Source of the DNA: Eledone cirrhosa
Taxonomy: Eukaryota
Reading direction: 5' to 3'
Assembly: GCA_964016885.1 (NCBI GenBank)
Contig: OZ024741.1
Span: 92,194,001 to 92,258,000, forward strand
Length of the DNA stretch: 64,000 nucleotides
The notes beneath the pieces were generated by a model. That model ran no database searches. It saw nothing but the letters and a program-made list of their open reading frames with translations, and was not told where the DNA came from. A program made the translations under genes and the position numbers. Below are positions 1 through 12,064 of this stretch, one piece after another (positions within the stretch are counted from its first letter, which is position 1; the number at the start of each line of letters is the position of its first letter).

Positions 1-230
1 CACTGTATATATATATATATGTAAATAAAGCTGTTTTTGCTCCAGTCAGTTTACTCGTCATCAATAACTACCCTAATTATATATACACATACATTACATA
101 TATATATACACCATAAACAAAGATATATATATGCAAACTAGCAAGTAGCACCATTAAACACACAAATCCAAACAGAGACACACCCAGAACAAATGCAAAG
201 TAATCATCAAATGCTCTATACGTAAATAAT

Positions 231-412
231 TGTTTCTACTTTTTGGCACAAGGCCAGCAATTACCCAGTGCATTACTGGTACTTTATTTTATCGACCCCG
301 TAAGGATGAAAGGCAAAGTTAACCTCGACGGGATTTGAACTCAGAATGGCAAGGGCCGTAACTCTATGCATCAAAGCATGGTGTCCGACCCTCTACCGAT
401 ACTGCCAATCCA
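231..412 (-). mobile_element. tRNA-derived SINE with Nin/Deu-like central domain
   Basis: Reverse strand has A-box TGGCAGTATCGG, B-box GAGTTCAAATCC and the TTTGCCTTTCATCCTTACGGGGTCGATAAAATAAAGTACCAG domain. Flanked by an 11-bp TSD acgtaaataat (220-230, 413-423). A 5'-truncated copy in the opposite orientation lies at about 603-701. Confidence 0.85.
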
Positions 413-800
413 ACGTAAATAATACACTCAGAAAACAAAACTATCGATAAACAAAACATCTAATCTGTAACCTAAGAACCAAAATAAGAATAAAGAAAAT
501 ACCTAATTTATTAAGAAATAAGAAAATGAATCTATGATGAAAAATATAAATATGATATTAGAAAATACTATAACAAAAGGCAACACAAAAGGTATAATAT
601 AAGGGTTAACTTTGCCTTTCATCCTTACGGGGTCGATAAAATAAAGTACCAGAAATACACTGGGATAATTGCTGGCCTTGTGCCAAAAGTAGAAACAATT
701 ATTAATATAAAATAATCATAATATATACACTCAAATGTAAATCACAATTAAGATTAAATATAGTATACACAAATCTACAAATATGAAATATTCAACCACG

Positions 801-1667
801 GAGATCGAATTAGCAGTGGAGGGGGAGGTGTTCTGAAAGTACAGTAACCAGGGTAAGAACGGGATGGAAGAAGTTCAGGGAGCTACTACCACTGCTAGCT
901 ACAAAAGGCTTTTCCCTCAAAATGAAAGGCAGACTGTATGATGCATGCATATGAACAGCAATGTTTCATGGTAGTGAAACCTGGGCATTGCGTAGATTAG
1001 AAAGAAACGAAACTTGCATGCACCGATGGATGTGTAATAGTAATATATGCGAACAGCAAAGCATAAACGAATTAAGAGAGAGACTAAGTATAAGAGGAAT
1101 CAAATGTTGTGTGCAGGAGAGGAGATTGCGTTGGTATGGACATGTGATGCGTATGAAGGATGACAGCTGCATAAAAAGGTGCAGAGCACTAAAAGTTAAT
1201 GGAAGCCTTGGAGTGAGGAGACCCAAGAAGACCTGGGATGAGGTGATAAAAACTGACCTTGCTCAATTGCACCTATCAAAGGCAATGACACAGGACTGAG
1301 ACCTCTGGCGTTATGCAGTAATACAGAAGACCCAAGTCCCCACGGGTACAAGCCGAAGCTGAAGCATATAGACAATATGCCCCCACGCTCTTCCCATTGT
1401 AAAGTGGTTGTGTAGGTGTTACAACAAAAAGCACCCAGTCCACACAGTAAAGTGGTCATGTAGGGGCCATGGTAAAAAAGCACCCAGTACTCACTGTAAA
1501 TGAGGTTGATGTTAGGAAGGGCATCCAGCTGTAGAAACCAAGCCAAAATCAGTCCTGTATGCGCAAGACACGGTTACCTGACCTGGCATTGCCGACAATA
1601 GGACAACCTGTCTAACCCATGCTAGCTAGCGTGTAAACGTTGACGTAAAACAGTGATGATGATGATG
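801..1667 (+). mobile_element. RTE-clade LINE 3' fragment (decayed)
   Basis: HGSETW...RRLRWYGHVMRM...RPKKTW C-terminal RTE motifs with stops, followed by a 3' UTR ending in (GAT)n. Confidence 0.9.
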
Positions 1668-1707
1668 TAATCAGAGAATAGCAAAAAATTAATGAAGCAT
1701 GACTTAC

Positions 1708-1790
1708 CCATCTGGATCATTTGGCGAACGTGGATAAAGTGAGAAAGTCAGCACCATGGCACCACTCTCTGATGTCGTTCAGTCAAGTAA
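1708..1790 (-). other. candidate 83-nt exon of an unidentified minus-strand gene
   Basis: Non-repetitive segment bounded on the minus strand by cttttggtttcacAG and GTAAGT. Contains gccATGG opening MVLTFSLYPRSPNDPD(G) up to the donor, with an in-frame stop upstream. Confidence 0.3.
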
Positions 1791-2035
1791 CTGTGAAACC
1801 AAAAGACTAACAAAGGTTTATAGAATTTTATTACCCCTAAACAAAGCTAAATTCTAAGTAGGTCATCAGAGTATACAGTTTAAGTTTCTACAGTTTCAAT
1901 GTAAAATTACACACCTCTTACTTTTACAAAAATTACTTCTTCAAGGCAAATATACCAAATTTACTTGGATCTCAATCAAGTAAATAAAACTAAGAATAAA
2001 TTAAATTAAATACAGGCCATATGCTTTCCAAAGCA

Positions 2036-2200
2036 AACTGAAAGAACCATGGCATGTGGAAGATCTTCCCAAAGATGATGTTGAAACTGCTGAATGATGA
2101 GCAGAGGAAGCAGAACATCCAGGTGTTTCAGGACATCCTTGAGCATCTTGAAACCAAATCAGACTTGCTGGGAGAGTCATCATCAGTAATGAGCCATAGG
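2036..2200 (+). mobile_element. mariner-type transposase relic
   Basis: KIFPKMMLKLLNDEQRKQNIQVFQDILEHLETKSDLLG resembles the mariner 'K..VPK.L..EQK..R...C......DFL..I.TGDE' region. Confidence 0.55.
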
Positions 2201-2404
2201 GGACCTGTTTTCCAGATGTGGAAGCCATTAAAAGGGTTGTAATGATGGATTTAAAGAAAAGGGAAATTCTTTAAAAGCTAATTCTTTAAAGTTCTACTTA
2301 GAGTGACAAAGGCCAAGAGAATTCTATAAACCAGTAAGACCTTCCTATACCACGATGGATCTTACTGGATCAACAAGAAGTCTCAGACCCCATTTGACGT
2401 CAGC

Positions 2405-3613
2405 ATGGCAGCGAGTGACTCGGCTGAAATTAGCGACATTGTGGGCCTGTACATTTTACATCACCTGAAGAACCTCTTTACTGGCCTAACCGGAGGTTTA
2501 TACCGAGACAACGGCCTCTTCGCCCTGCACAAGGTTAACCCCAGAACCACCGATGGGTTTCGGAGAAACTTAAGCTCGTTCTTCCGTAATCTAGGATTTA
2601 GTATAACTATAGAATCTAATATGACTAGGGCCAACTTCTTAGATGTCACACTCGACCTAGATACTTCCCTCTGTTACTCGTACCACAAACCTAACGAGTC
2701 CCTTAGATATATTAATGTTAATTCTAACCACCCCAAAAACATCACTGATAACTTAGTAAAAAGCGTCTCTATTAGAATCTCTGGCCTCTCTGCCAATGAA
2801 GATATTTTTAACGCCTCTGCCTCCTACTACAATGACGCCCTCGCCCGCAGCGGATTTAAAGAAAAGATAACCTACCTAGAAACCACCGCAAGACTACCTA
2901 GAAGGAATAGTCATAGGCATATTAGTTGGTACAACCCTCCCTTCAATAGAGAGGTCTCTACACCTATAGCTAGGATTTTCTTCACTTTGCTGAACACACA
3001 CTTCCCCATACAACATAAGTACTACACCATCTTTAATAAGAACACAATAAGACTCTCCTACTCCACCACACCTAACCTAGCTAGGAATATAGCCAATCAC
3101 AACTCTAAAAAATTAAATAAGCCAACCACTTCCGAACCCAATCCCCGGACTGGGGCCTTGTGTAATTACCTAAATAAGGAAGCCTGCCCACTTGAAAACA
3201 AATGCCTGACAAATGATATCGTATACAAATGCGATGTCATCTCAGGCACCGATGATTGCAACAACAAAAAGACTTACATCGGCATGACTTCCAATAACTT
3301 GAAGACCCGTAGGTATGCCCATACCCACTCCTTCAGAAGACCGGACAAATCAAACCAGACAACACTCGCCTCCTATGTTTCAGACCTCAAAAGGAACTCC
3401 ACCCCCTTCACGCTTAAATGGAAAATACTCCAGAAAGCGCGCTCATACAACGGAGGACACAAGGTCTGCAACCTTTGTATCTCAGAGAGCTACAAAATTT
3501 TATTTGCCAAGGCCCCGCTACTGAACAAACTCTCTGAACACTGCCCGAACTGCATGCACAAAAACTTTGCAACTTTCAAATACCTTAAGCCAGTGTTAAT
3601 GCCCGATGATTAA
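2405..3613 (+). mobile_element. Penelope-like element, 5'-truncated RT + GIY-YIG endonuclease (possibly Nematis-like)
   Basis: SDSAEISDIVG, LYRDNG (catalytic DD changed to DN), FLDVTLDL, SNHP, WYNPPF, VYKC...YIGMT, CNLCISE, CMHK. Confidence 0.9.
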
Positions 3614-3869
3614 AAACAGCTTCACTTTTTTTTTTTTTTTTTTTTTTTAATGCCAACCAACAAAATAGCCCCTCTACCTCCTTCTCACTCCACACCTACG
3701 CCTCCTCAACCTGAAACACGGCCACTATCGTTATGTAAGTACCTCTTACCTATCTACATTTCCTGCTTGTAGAGTCTGTGTATATGCGTATATTTGTGAG
3801 TACTTATTTGTATGTATTTGTATGAGTGGCCGTTCGTTTGTATGCATATCGCTGTGTGTAGGTGCGTTC

Positions 3870-3997
3870 ACTTATCTTCTATGTGTGTATATTTATATGT
3901 ATGTATATATGTATTTGTGTATGTGTGTGTGTATATGTGTATATGTATATATGTATGTATATGTATGTATGTATGTGTATATATGTGTATGTATGTG

Positions 3998-4040
<43 letters not shown>

Positions 4041-4289
4041 GTATATATATATATATATGTGTGTATATATGTATATATATATATATATATGTGTATATAT
4101 GTATATATATATGTGTATATATGTATATATATATATATGTGTGTATATGTATGTATGTATGTGTGTATATATATATATATAAATATATGTGTATATATGT
4201 GTGTGTATGTATATATATATATATATATGTGTATATATATATATGTGTGTATATATATATATATGTATATGTATATATGTGTATGTGTG

Positions 4290-4352
<63 letters not shown>

Positions 4353-4408
4353 ATGTATGTGTGTATATGTATGTGTGTATATATTTATGTATATATATAT
4401 ATATATAT
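3870..4408. repeat. (TA/TG)n compound microsatellite
   Basis: Alternating purine-pyrimidine tract; produces spurious Y/I/C/V ORFs. Confidence 0.97.
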
Positions 4409-4501
4409 AACGAAGGAAATGTGGTAAGGAACCAGGTGGACCATAACGCACCAAAGTACTCAATACTTAGGGTAGTAGAGTGGGTAATAGGAACAAGTAA
4501 G

Positions 4502-4596
4502 ACCCCGACGGCTGAGCTCAAGCCGTTTCGACGGCTAATTCTGTACTGAATGAAAAATTAATTCTGGTATTTAAATAGCCGAACTTATCAAGGGGT
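4502..4596 (-). ncRNA. type-I hammerhead ribozyme, U3-A8 core variant
   Basis: ACCCC-UUGAUAA-G..CGGCUA...UAGCCG.C-GAAA-CGGCU(UGAGCUC)AGCCG-UC^GGGGU. Confidence 0.75.
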
Positions 4597-5053
4597 AATT
4601 CCATATATGGTCAAAGAGATAATCACCAGGATTGGTCACATCACAAGTTAGTAGTAAATCTGTGATGGCAAGTTAGTGGGGGAAGGGGTAGCTAAACCTG
4701 CCAGTAGGAGAAAAGGGGAGAGGGGGTGGAGTAGACACATTCATGCGTTGGCAGTGCCAGCTACAGCTGGGTGTGAGGTCAAAGAGGATACTGGGGAGGG
4801 GGAGGGGGAGGAGGTCGAAACGGTAAGTAGAACAATGAAAGGTAAAACTGTAAAAGAGGTACTGAGAGAGAAAAAAAATATAAGCAAAATCTGGTTACTA
4901 AGACTTAAGTCTCTCGCTATTGCTAGGCTGAAGAAATACATAAATAAATAAATAAACAAATAAGTGAATAAAAGAATAGATAAATAAATTTAAAAAAAAA
5001 AATATATATAGAAAAAATTTACGAAATGGAAATGCGGGTATATAGAATTTATT

Positions 5054-5170
5054 AGGTAACAATTGTTTCTATAGTGTATGAGTTACCTATACCTCGCTAT
5101 TTGAATAATACACAAATATTATCAAAAACCGAAAGTACACTGTAAGTCAACACACCATGTCATCAGACCT
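5054..5170 (-). ncRNA. minimal type-I hammerhead ribozyme motif
   Basis: AGGU-CUGAUGA-CAUGGUGUG...UACACUAUA-GAAA-CAAUUG-UU^ACCU; palindromic helix III; the first helix-II pair is mismatched. Confidence 0.65.
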
Positions 5171-6931
5171 TTGTATTAGAATGATATGAAAATATTTTAT
5201 ACACTAGATAAAAGATAAAGAAGGAGGTAGGAAGAGAAGGGGAAGAGGGAAGTGAGTAAGGTGGAGGGAGTCTTAGGGTTTAAGACTGTCAGACTAGTAG
5301 AGATTGTGAAGAGAGAATGTTTTGGCAGCAATTAGCTTAATGAGGCGTGCTAAGGTTGGCTGGGAAGTAGATACTTCTAGTGGTGTTGTTCGGACAAAAT
5401 TTAGTTAGAGGGGTCAAAGTGGTACAATGTCACAGACAAGTTATTAGGGCTATTATAGTAGCAGGTTATTTCTAAAGGGGTCCAGAAAAACAGTGTTTAG
5501 TACTATTATTATAGAAAGCCATATCTAGTGTATAAACATATAAGACAGAAATTTGCAAACGTTGGTGTAAAAAGGTAACATTATATGCATTTAAAAAAAG
5601 AAAAAGTCGTTTTCAAACGATGGTTACAGTATAGAGAACGTTCAATTTTGCTGTTCAAAAGTTTGTTTACCGACGTTAAAATGCAGTATATCTCTAAATT
5701 GCATAACTTGCAGAATCGATGATTTTGCTGATATGCAGGCGCAGCTGCAATAATTTGCCAATCAAGGGAGAACGCTTGATTGTTCTTCCGAAGCTGCCAG
5801 GCTTTATCGGCGAGGGTTGTTACGGAGCGCATTTTCTCGTGCCTGATCGAAGATCGATGTTGGTATAGGCGAGCCTTGAAAGAAGTTGCGGTACATCCGA
5901 CGTAATACCATTTGTTGGTCCCGGAATTAATTGTACACCGGTAGACAATATTGCGTGCTAGGCACTGGTTATTCAGTGGGCACGTACCTGGTTTGGTGCA
6001 GTTACAACTATTTTTATGTTTTGCAGTAGAATCCTGGATAGTTTGGTGGGGTTGTGGTTGCGTGTTAGTGCGTTGCATGTTGCTATGCTGGTGCGCTGAG
6101 TCATTAGGGATGTACTTATTCAGTATTGCTGAGTTGAGTTTTCTAATTAGTTGTTCTATGTTAGGTGCAGTGGAGTATGAGAGTCTAATGGTGCGCGAGT
6201 TAAAGATTTTATAGTATTTATGTGAAGTTGTAAAGTGTTTATTGATTAGTGTATAGAATTGTGAGATAATCTTAGTGCTAATAGAAGAATTGTACACGGG
6301 GTTATACCATATGTACTCTCTACGTCTGACTCTATTTGCTGGTTTGCACCTGTTAGTATGCCTATTGATGTGTGTGTGTGGTGCAATACTAGTTCGACTT
6401 AGATGTGTTTTATTCCTAGTACTTATGTGGTTATCGTCTAGATATTCAATTTTCTCGCAGTAACCAGCTTTTTCTCGCAGTAACCAGCTTTTCTAAGTGC
6501 GAGAGGGGGTGGAGTAGTGCCAGCTACAGCTGGGTGTGAGGTCAAAGAGGTCAAAGAGGATAAAAATATATATATATATATTTTTATCCTCTTTGACCTC
6601 TTTGACCTCACACCCAGCTGTAGCTGGCACTACTCCACCCCCTCTCCCCTTTTCTCCTACTGGCAGGTTTAGCTACCCCTTCCCCCACCAACTTGCCATC
6701 ACAGATTTACTACTAACTTGTGATGTGACCAATCCTGGTGATTATCTTTTTGACCATATATGGAATTACCCCTTGATAAGTTCGGCTATTTAAATACCAG
6801 AATTAATTTTTCATTCAGTACAGAATTAGCCGTCGGGGTCTTTTCTTGTTCCTATTACCCACTCTACTACCCTAAGTATTGAGTACTTTGGTGCGTTATG
6901 GTCCACCTGGTTCCTTACCACATTTCCTTCG

Positions 6932-6973
<42 letters not shown>

Positions 6974-6975
<2 letters not shown>

Positions 6976-8006
6976 TTTAAACTATCTCTGTTATTGTATT
7001 AATTATTTACTCTTGATTGGCCAGAGGTGTTTATTTCCAGGTACCTTATGAATTTGACTTTCCGTATTTATTACTGTTGTGAAATATTGTGGCTTTTTTT
7101 TGTTGTAACTTCTGTTTTTTAGCCTAGGAAAATATATATATATGCCTACGTATATAATTACATGCATATATGTATTTTTTTTTTTTTATTAATTGAGTTC
7201 TTTACACGAGGAATTAATATTGGTTTTGAAATAACTAATTAACCCGCGTGTGTTTTATATTTTACTCTTAATAATTCGGCCGGAGAATCATATTCCCATT
7301 TGCCCTTTATAGCATAACTTTCTGCATTTACTGCGGTTATGAGAAGCGGTTCTTATTCGGGTACAACTTCTGATTTAGCATAAGAAAATATCTATATGCG
7401 TGTGTAATTTATACAAGCATATATTTATTTTTTTATTTTCAATTGAGTTCTTAAACACGTTGGATTGATAATGTTTTCAAAAAAACTAGTTAACCCGCGT
7501 GTATATTATTATTTTTTTCCTCATTTCGTGGATCGTGGATTGTCTCCCCTTCCCGCTTCGTGTCGCTATGATACTTCCTCAGTCAAAAACTGCTGGAATT
7601 TCAAATTTGGCGGTCATTCGAGGTGAGAGAGAGCAACTTTACGGACATGATTTTTGACAGCGGTAAGAAATTGTTTTCTTATTTCAATGTTTAATGGGCT
7701 TCCACTGATGATTCATAAGTGCCCACCTAAATATATTCTTACATGAATATATATTAGGCTTCTACATAAACTGGAAACATTCTCCCAAACTTGTAGAAAA
7801 CTTATAATGAAACAATTGTTTGGAAAGAGAGATATATTTTAACTTTAATTATATCTCATAAAATAATACAACTGGTTTTTCCACATTATACATATTGTTA
7901 GCACCCCAAACACTTAAATTGGGTTTATATTTTAATATAACCTAATGTTTGTTGAGTGAGATGATTACCAGTCAGAGTTTAGCTTTAAACTATCTCTGTT
8001 ATTGTA

Positions 8007-8011
<5 letters not shown>
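6974..8011 (+). mobile_element. ORF-less ~1-kb element with 30-bp terminal direct repeats and a hammerhead (solo pLTR-like)
   Basis: gctttaaactatctctgttattgtattaat at 6974-7003 and 7982-8011, (TA)n on both flanks, internal ~255-bp-period duplication (about 7130-7255 and 7385-7505), hammerhead at 7700-7825. Confidence 0.7.
7700..7825 (+). ncRNA. type-I hammerhead ribozyme motif with branched helix II
   Basis: UUCCA-CUGAUGA-UUCAUAAGU...ACUUAUAAU-GAAA-CAAUUG-UU^UGGAA. Confidence 0.7.
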
Positions 8012-8059
<48 letters not shown>

Positions 8060-8289
8060 GTTCCCTATCATTCCACAGCAAAGTGGTCGTGTAGGTGCCA
8101 CGCCAAAAAAGCACCCAGCACTCACTGTAAATGAGGTTGGTGTTAGGAAGGGCATCGAGCTGTAGAAATCAAGCCAGAATCAGTTCCCATCCCACCCTTG
8201 CAAGCAGGGAAAAGCGGACGTATGATGATGATGATGATGATGATATATATATATATGTATATGTGTGTGTATATATATATATGTGCATA

Positions 8290-8324
<35 letters not shown>

Positions 8325-9310
8325 ATATGATGGTTCTATAGAAATAGTGGACATCTTCCGTTACCTGGGTGACAAAATCAGCAGTGGTGGAGGGTGTTCT
8401 GAAAGTACTGTAGCTAGAGTTCGAACGGGATGGAAAAAGTTCAAAGAGCTTATACCACTATTGGTCGCTAAAGGTTTCTCTCTAAAAATAAAAGGCAGGC
8501 TGTATCATGCCTGCATACGAACAGCGATGTTACATGGCAGTGAGACATGGGCCTTGTGTGCAGAGGATCTACGCAGACTGGAGAGGAACGAAGCTTGCAT
8601 GCTCCATTGAATGTGTAATAGTAATATACGCAAACGGCAAAGCATAAATGAACTAAGTGAGAAATTAGGAATAAGAGGGATCAGATGCTGTTTACTCGAG
8701 AGAAGACTACGTTGCTATGGTCACGTGATGCACATGAAAGATGACAGCTGTATAAAAAAGTGCAGGGCGATCAAAATAGACGGTAGCTACGGAGTAAGCA
8801 GACCGAGAAAAACCTGGGACGACTTGATAAAATCCGACCTCACACACTTACACCTCTCCAAGACAATGTCACTGGACCGAGATCTTTGGCGTTACGTAGT
8901 AATACAGAAGACCCACCTTGCCTAAGTACAAAGTGAAACCTACAATCAGTAGGCACCACTTAACCAAAATACACTCCCGTCCCACTAACCCTACCCCTAC
9001 CGCCATCTACACCGCCCCTTTCGATGTAAAGCTATGTTGGTACCACAACATCCAGTCCTAAATAAATGAGGTCGTGTAGGTGCCACGACAAAAAAACACA
9101 CAGTCCACGCTGTAATGTGGCCATGTAGGTAACACGGTAAAAACCTCCCAGTCCACACTGTAAACGTGGTTGGTGTTAGGAAGGGCATCTAGCCGTAGAA
9201 AACCCGCCAGACAGTCCTGAGCAAGACAACCAATCTTGCCTCAAGTGGGACAATTCTCGTCCAGACCCATGCTAGCGTGGAAAATGGACGTGAAACGATG
9301 ATCATGATGA
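8325..9310 (+). mobile_element. RTE LINE 3' fragment
   Basis: FRYLGD...HGSETW...RPRKTW with an internal stop at 8608-8610, 3' UTR and GAT tail; inserted in (TA)n. A short RTE-tail element precedes it at about 8058-8243. Confidence 0.9.
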
Positions 9311-9668
9311 TATGTGTATATGTATATATATATATGTGTGTATATATATATGTGTGTATATATATATATATATGTATATATTTGTGTATATATGTATATA
9401 TATCTATATATATGTATGTATATGTGTATGTATATATATGTATATGTGTATGTATATATATGTATATATGTATGTATGTATATATATATATATGTATATA
9501 TATGTGTATGTGTATATATATGTATATATATATATATTAGTGTGTGTGTGTATGTGTATGTATGTACATCTGTATATATGTATATATGTATATATATATA
9601 TGTGTGTATATATATGTATATGTATATGTATATGTATGAGTATATGTAAATGTGTGTGTATGTGTATG

Positions 9669-9742
<74 letters not shown>

Positions 9743-9764
9743 TATGTGTGTATATATATATATA

Positions 9765-9805
<41 letters not shown>

Positions 9806-9840
9806 GTGTATATATATATATGTGTATATATATATATGTG

Positions 9841-9875
<35 letters not shown>

Positions 9876-10023
9876 GTGTGTGTATATATATGTGTATATA
9901 TATATATGTATATATATATGTAATGTGTGTGTATGTATGTATATATATATATATATATGTATATATATGTGTGTATATGTATATGTATGTGTGTATATGT
10001 ATATATATATATGTGTATATATA

Positions 10024-10056
<33 letters not shown>

Positions 10057-10251
10057 GTGTGTATATATATATATATATGTATGTATGTATATGTGTGTGT
10101 ATATATATATATATATATGTGCAAAAGTTTTATTTAAAATTGTTGGGTTATAACAAGTAAATATTTTATAACTGATATAAAGCACTCGACAAGTTTTTGG
10201 AGTAGATATACGATATTAAACAAATGGAAACTATATTTATAAAACCATATT

Positions 10252-10317
10252 TATTTCATTATACATATTTCAGGGATACTATATTAAAAATATGGCAAGC
10301 CTTCGTCAGATAAAATA
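10252..10317 (-). ncRNA. type-I hammerhead ribozyme (left arm of fold-back)
   Basis: Inverted copy of the 10397-10462 motif with a few substitutions in helix II. Confidence 0.75.
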
Positions 10318-10396
10318 CAATATATAAACAGTTTTATAAACAGTTTTATAAATAATTTTGTACGTCAAAATTATTTATAAAACTGTTTATATATCG

Positions 10397-10462
10397 TATT
10401 TTATCTGACGAAGGCATGCCATATTTTTAATATGGTATCCCTGAAATATGTATAATGAAATA
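10397..10462 (+). ncRNA. type-I hammerhead ribozyme
   Basis: UAUUUUAU-CUGACGA-AGG C AUGCCAUAUU(UUU)AAUAUGGUAU C CCU-GAAA-UAUGUA-UA^AUGAAAUA. Confidence 0.8.
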
Positions 10463-10503
10463 AATATGGTTTTATAAATATAGTTTCCATTTGTTTAATA
10501 TCG

Positions 10504-10702
<199 letters not shown>

Positions 10703-10723
10703 ATATATATATATATATGTATG

Positions 10724-10974
<251 letters not shown>

Positions 10975-11003
10975 GTATATATATATATATGTATATATAT
11001 ATG

Positions 11004-11038
<35 letters not shown>

Positions 11039-11039
11039 G

Positions 11040-11262
<223 letters not shown>

Positions 11263-11576
11263 ATATATATATATAGAGAGAGAGTAAAGCATGTCCAGAG
11301 AATTATTTGATAATATATATACATCATCTCTACTCCCAATCAGCATAATTAACCACACAAAAAATCAATTAGACCAGGCTATAAGAATAAAAGGCATCTA
11401 TGAAGAAACAGTAAATAAATACGCCACAGCGGCGTCTTCGCCTACAACCGCTATAGAATATTTACCCAACATTTCAACAGCACGTGGAAATTAATTAAAT
11501 ATATGGTCAACCATACATAATTAGGTAAAATTAAAGTTAGAAATGCTTATACACATACCAGGATTAAATCACTAAA

Positions 11577-11651
11577 TCCCGACCAATGGGTTTCGCTCAC
11601 ATTTTGAGATTTCTTATTAGGGATATATTGAGTTTAGAGCTCATCAGGGGA
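11577..11651 (-). ncRNA. type-I hammerhead ribozyme (canonical core, GUC site)
   Basis: UCCC-CUGAUGA-GCUC...GAGC-GAAA-CC(CAUU)GG-UC^GGGA, inside a ~490-bp non-coding island (11277-11768) between (TA)n tracts. Confidence 0.85.
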
Positions 11652-11768
11652 CAAACTCGCTAGGACAGATTAATTTCCGAAGTGGCCCCCGCCAAACATG
11701 AATTCAAAATGGCTGAGAACTGTGACGTGGCAGTGGTCAAGTCAGGAAGGGTGTGATTGGTTGCTTAC

Positions 11769-11828
<60 letters not shown>

Positions 11829-12019
11829 CGTTTCTGAATTTGTTTAGCAAGATTCTTTATCTGAAATCGTGTGTTGAAACCGATATTGTTATACTTTGGG
11901 TGGGTCATGTTGCCAATAAGAAACACACGCACCAGTTGCTTTAACTTCAATTTATTATAATAAATTTATAAATTTCTGGTTGGTTGGTTGGTTCCACAAC
12001 CAGATAGTTGTTTATATAT

Positions 12020-12064
12020 AGTCATAGTTCTTTCGTCACACACTCTGTGACCTCTTCAGTGACT
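12020..12064 (-). ncRNA. minimal type-I hammerhead ribozyme (left arm)
   Basis: Reverse complement of 13733-13777. Confidence 0.8.

Larger units (their letters stand above)
4409..6933 (-). mobile_element. Penelope-like element, 5'-truncated, with inverted pseudo-LTR copy
   Basis: ORF 5581-6297 encodes GIY-YIG (IVYRC...YVGCT, CKLCNLE, CNHR). The long 3' region 4409-5580 carries two hammerheads. 6590-6933 is an inverted copy of about 4409-4790. Flanked by (TA)n on both sides. Confidence 0.88.
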
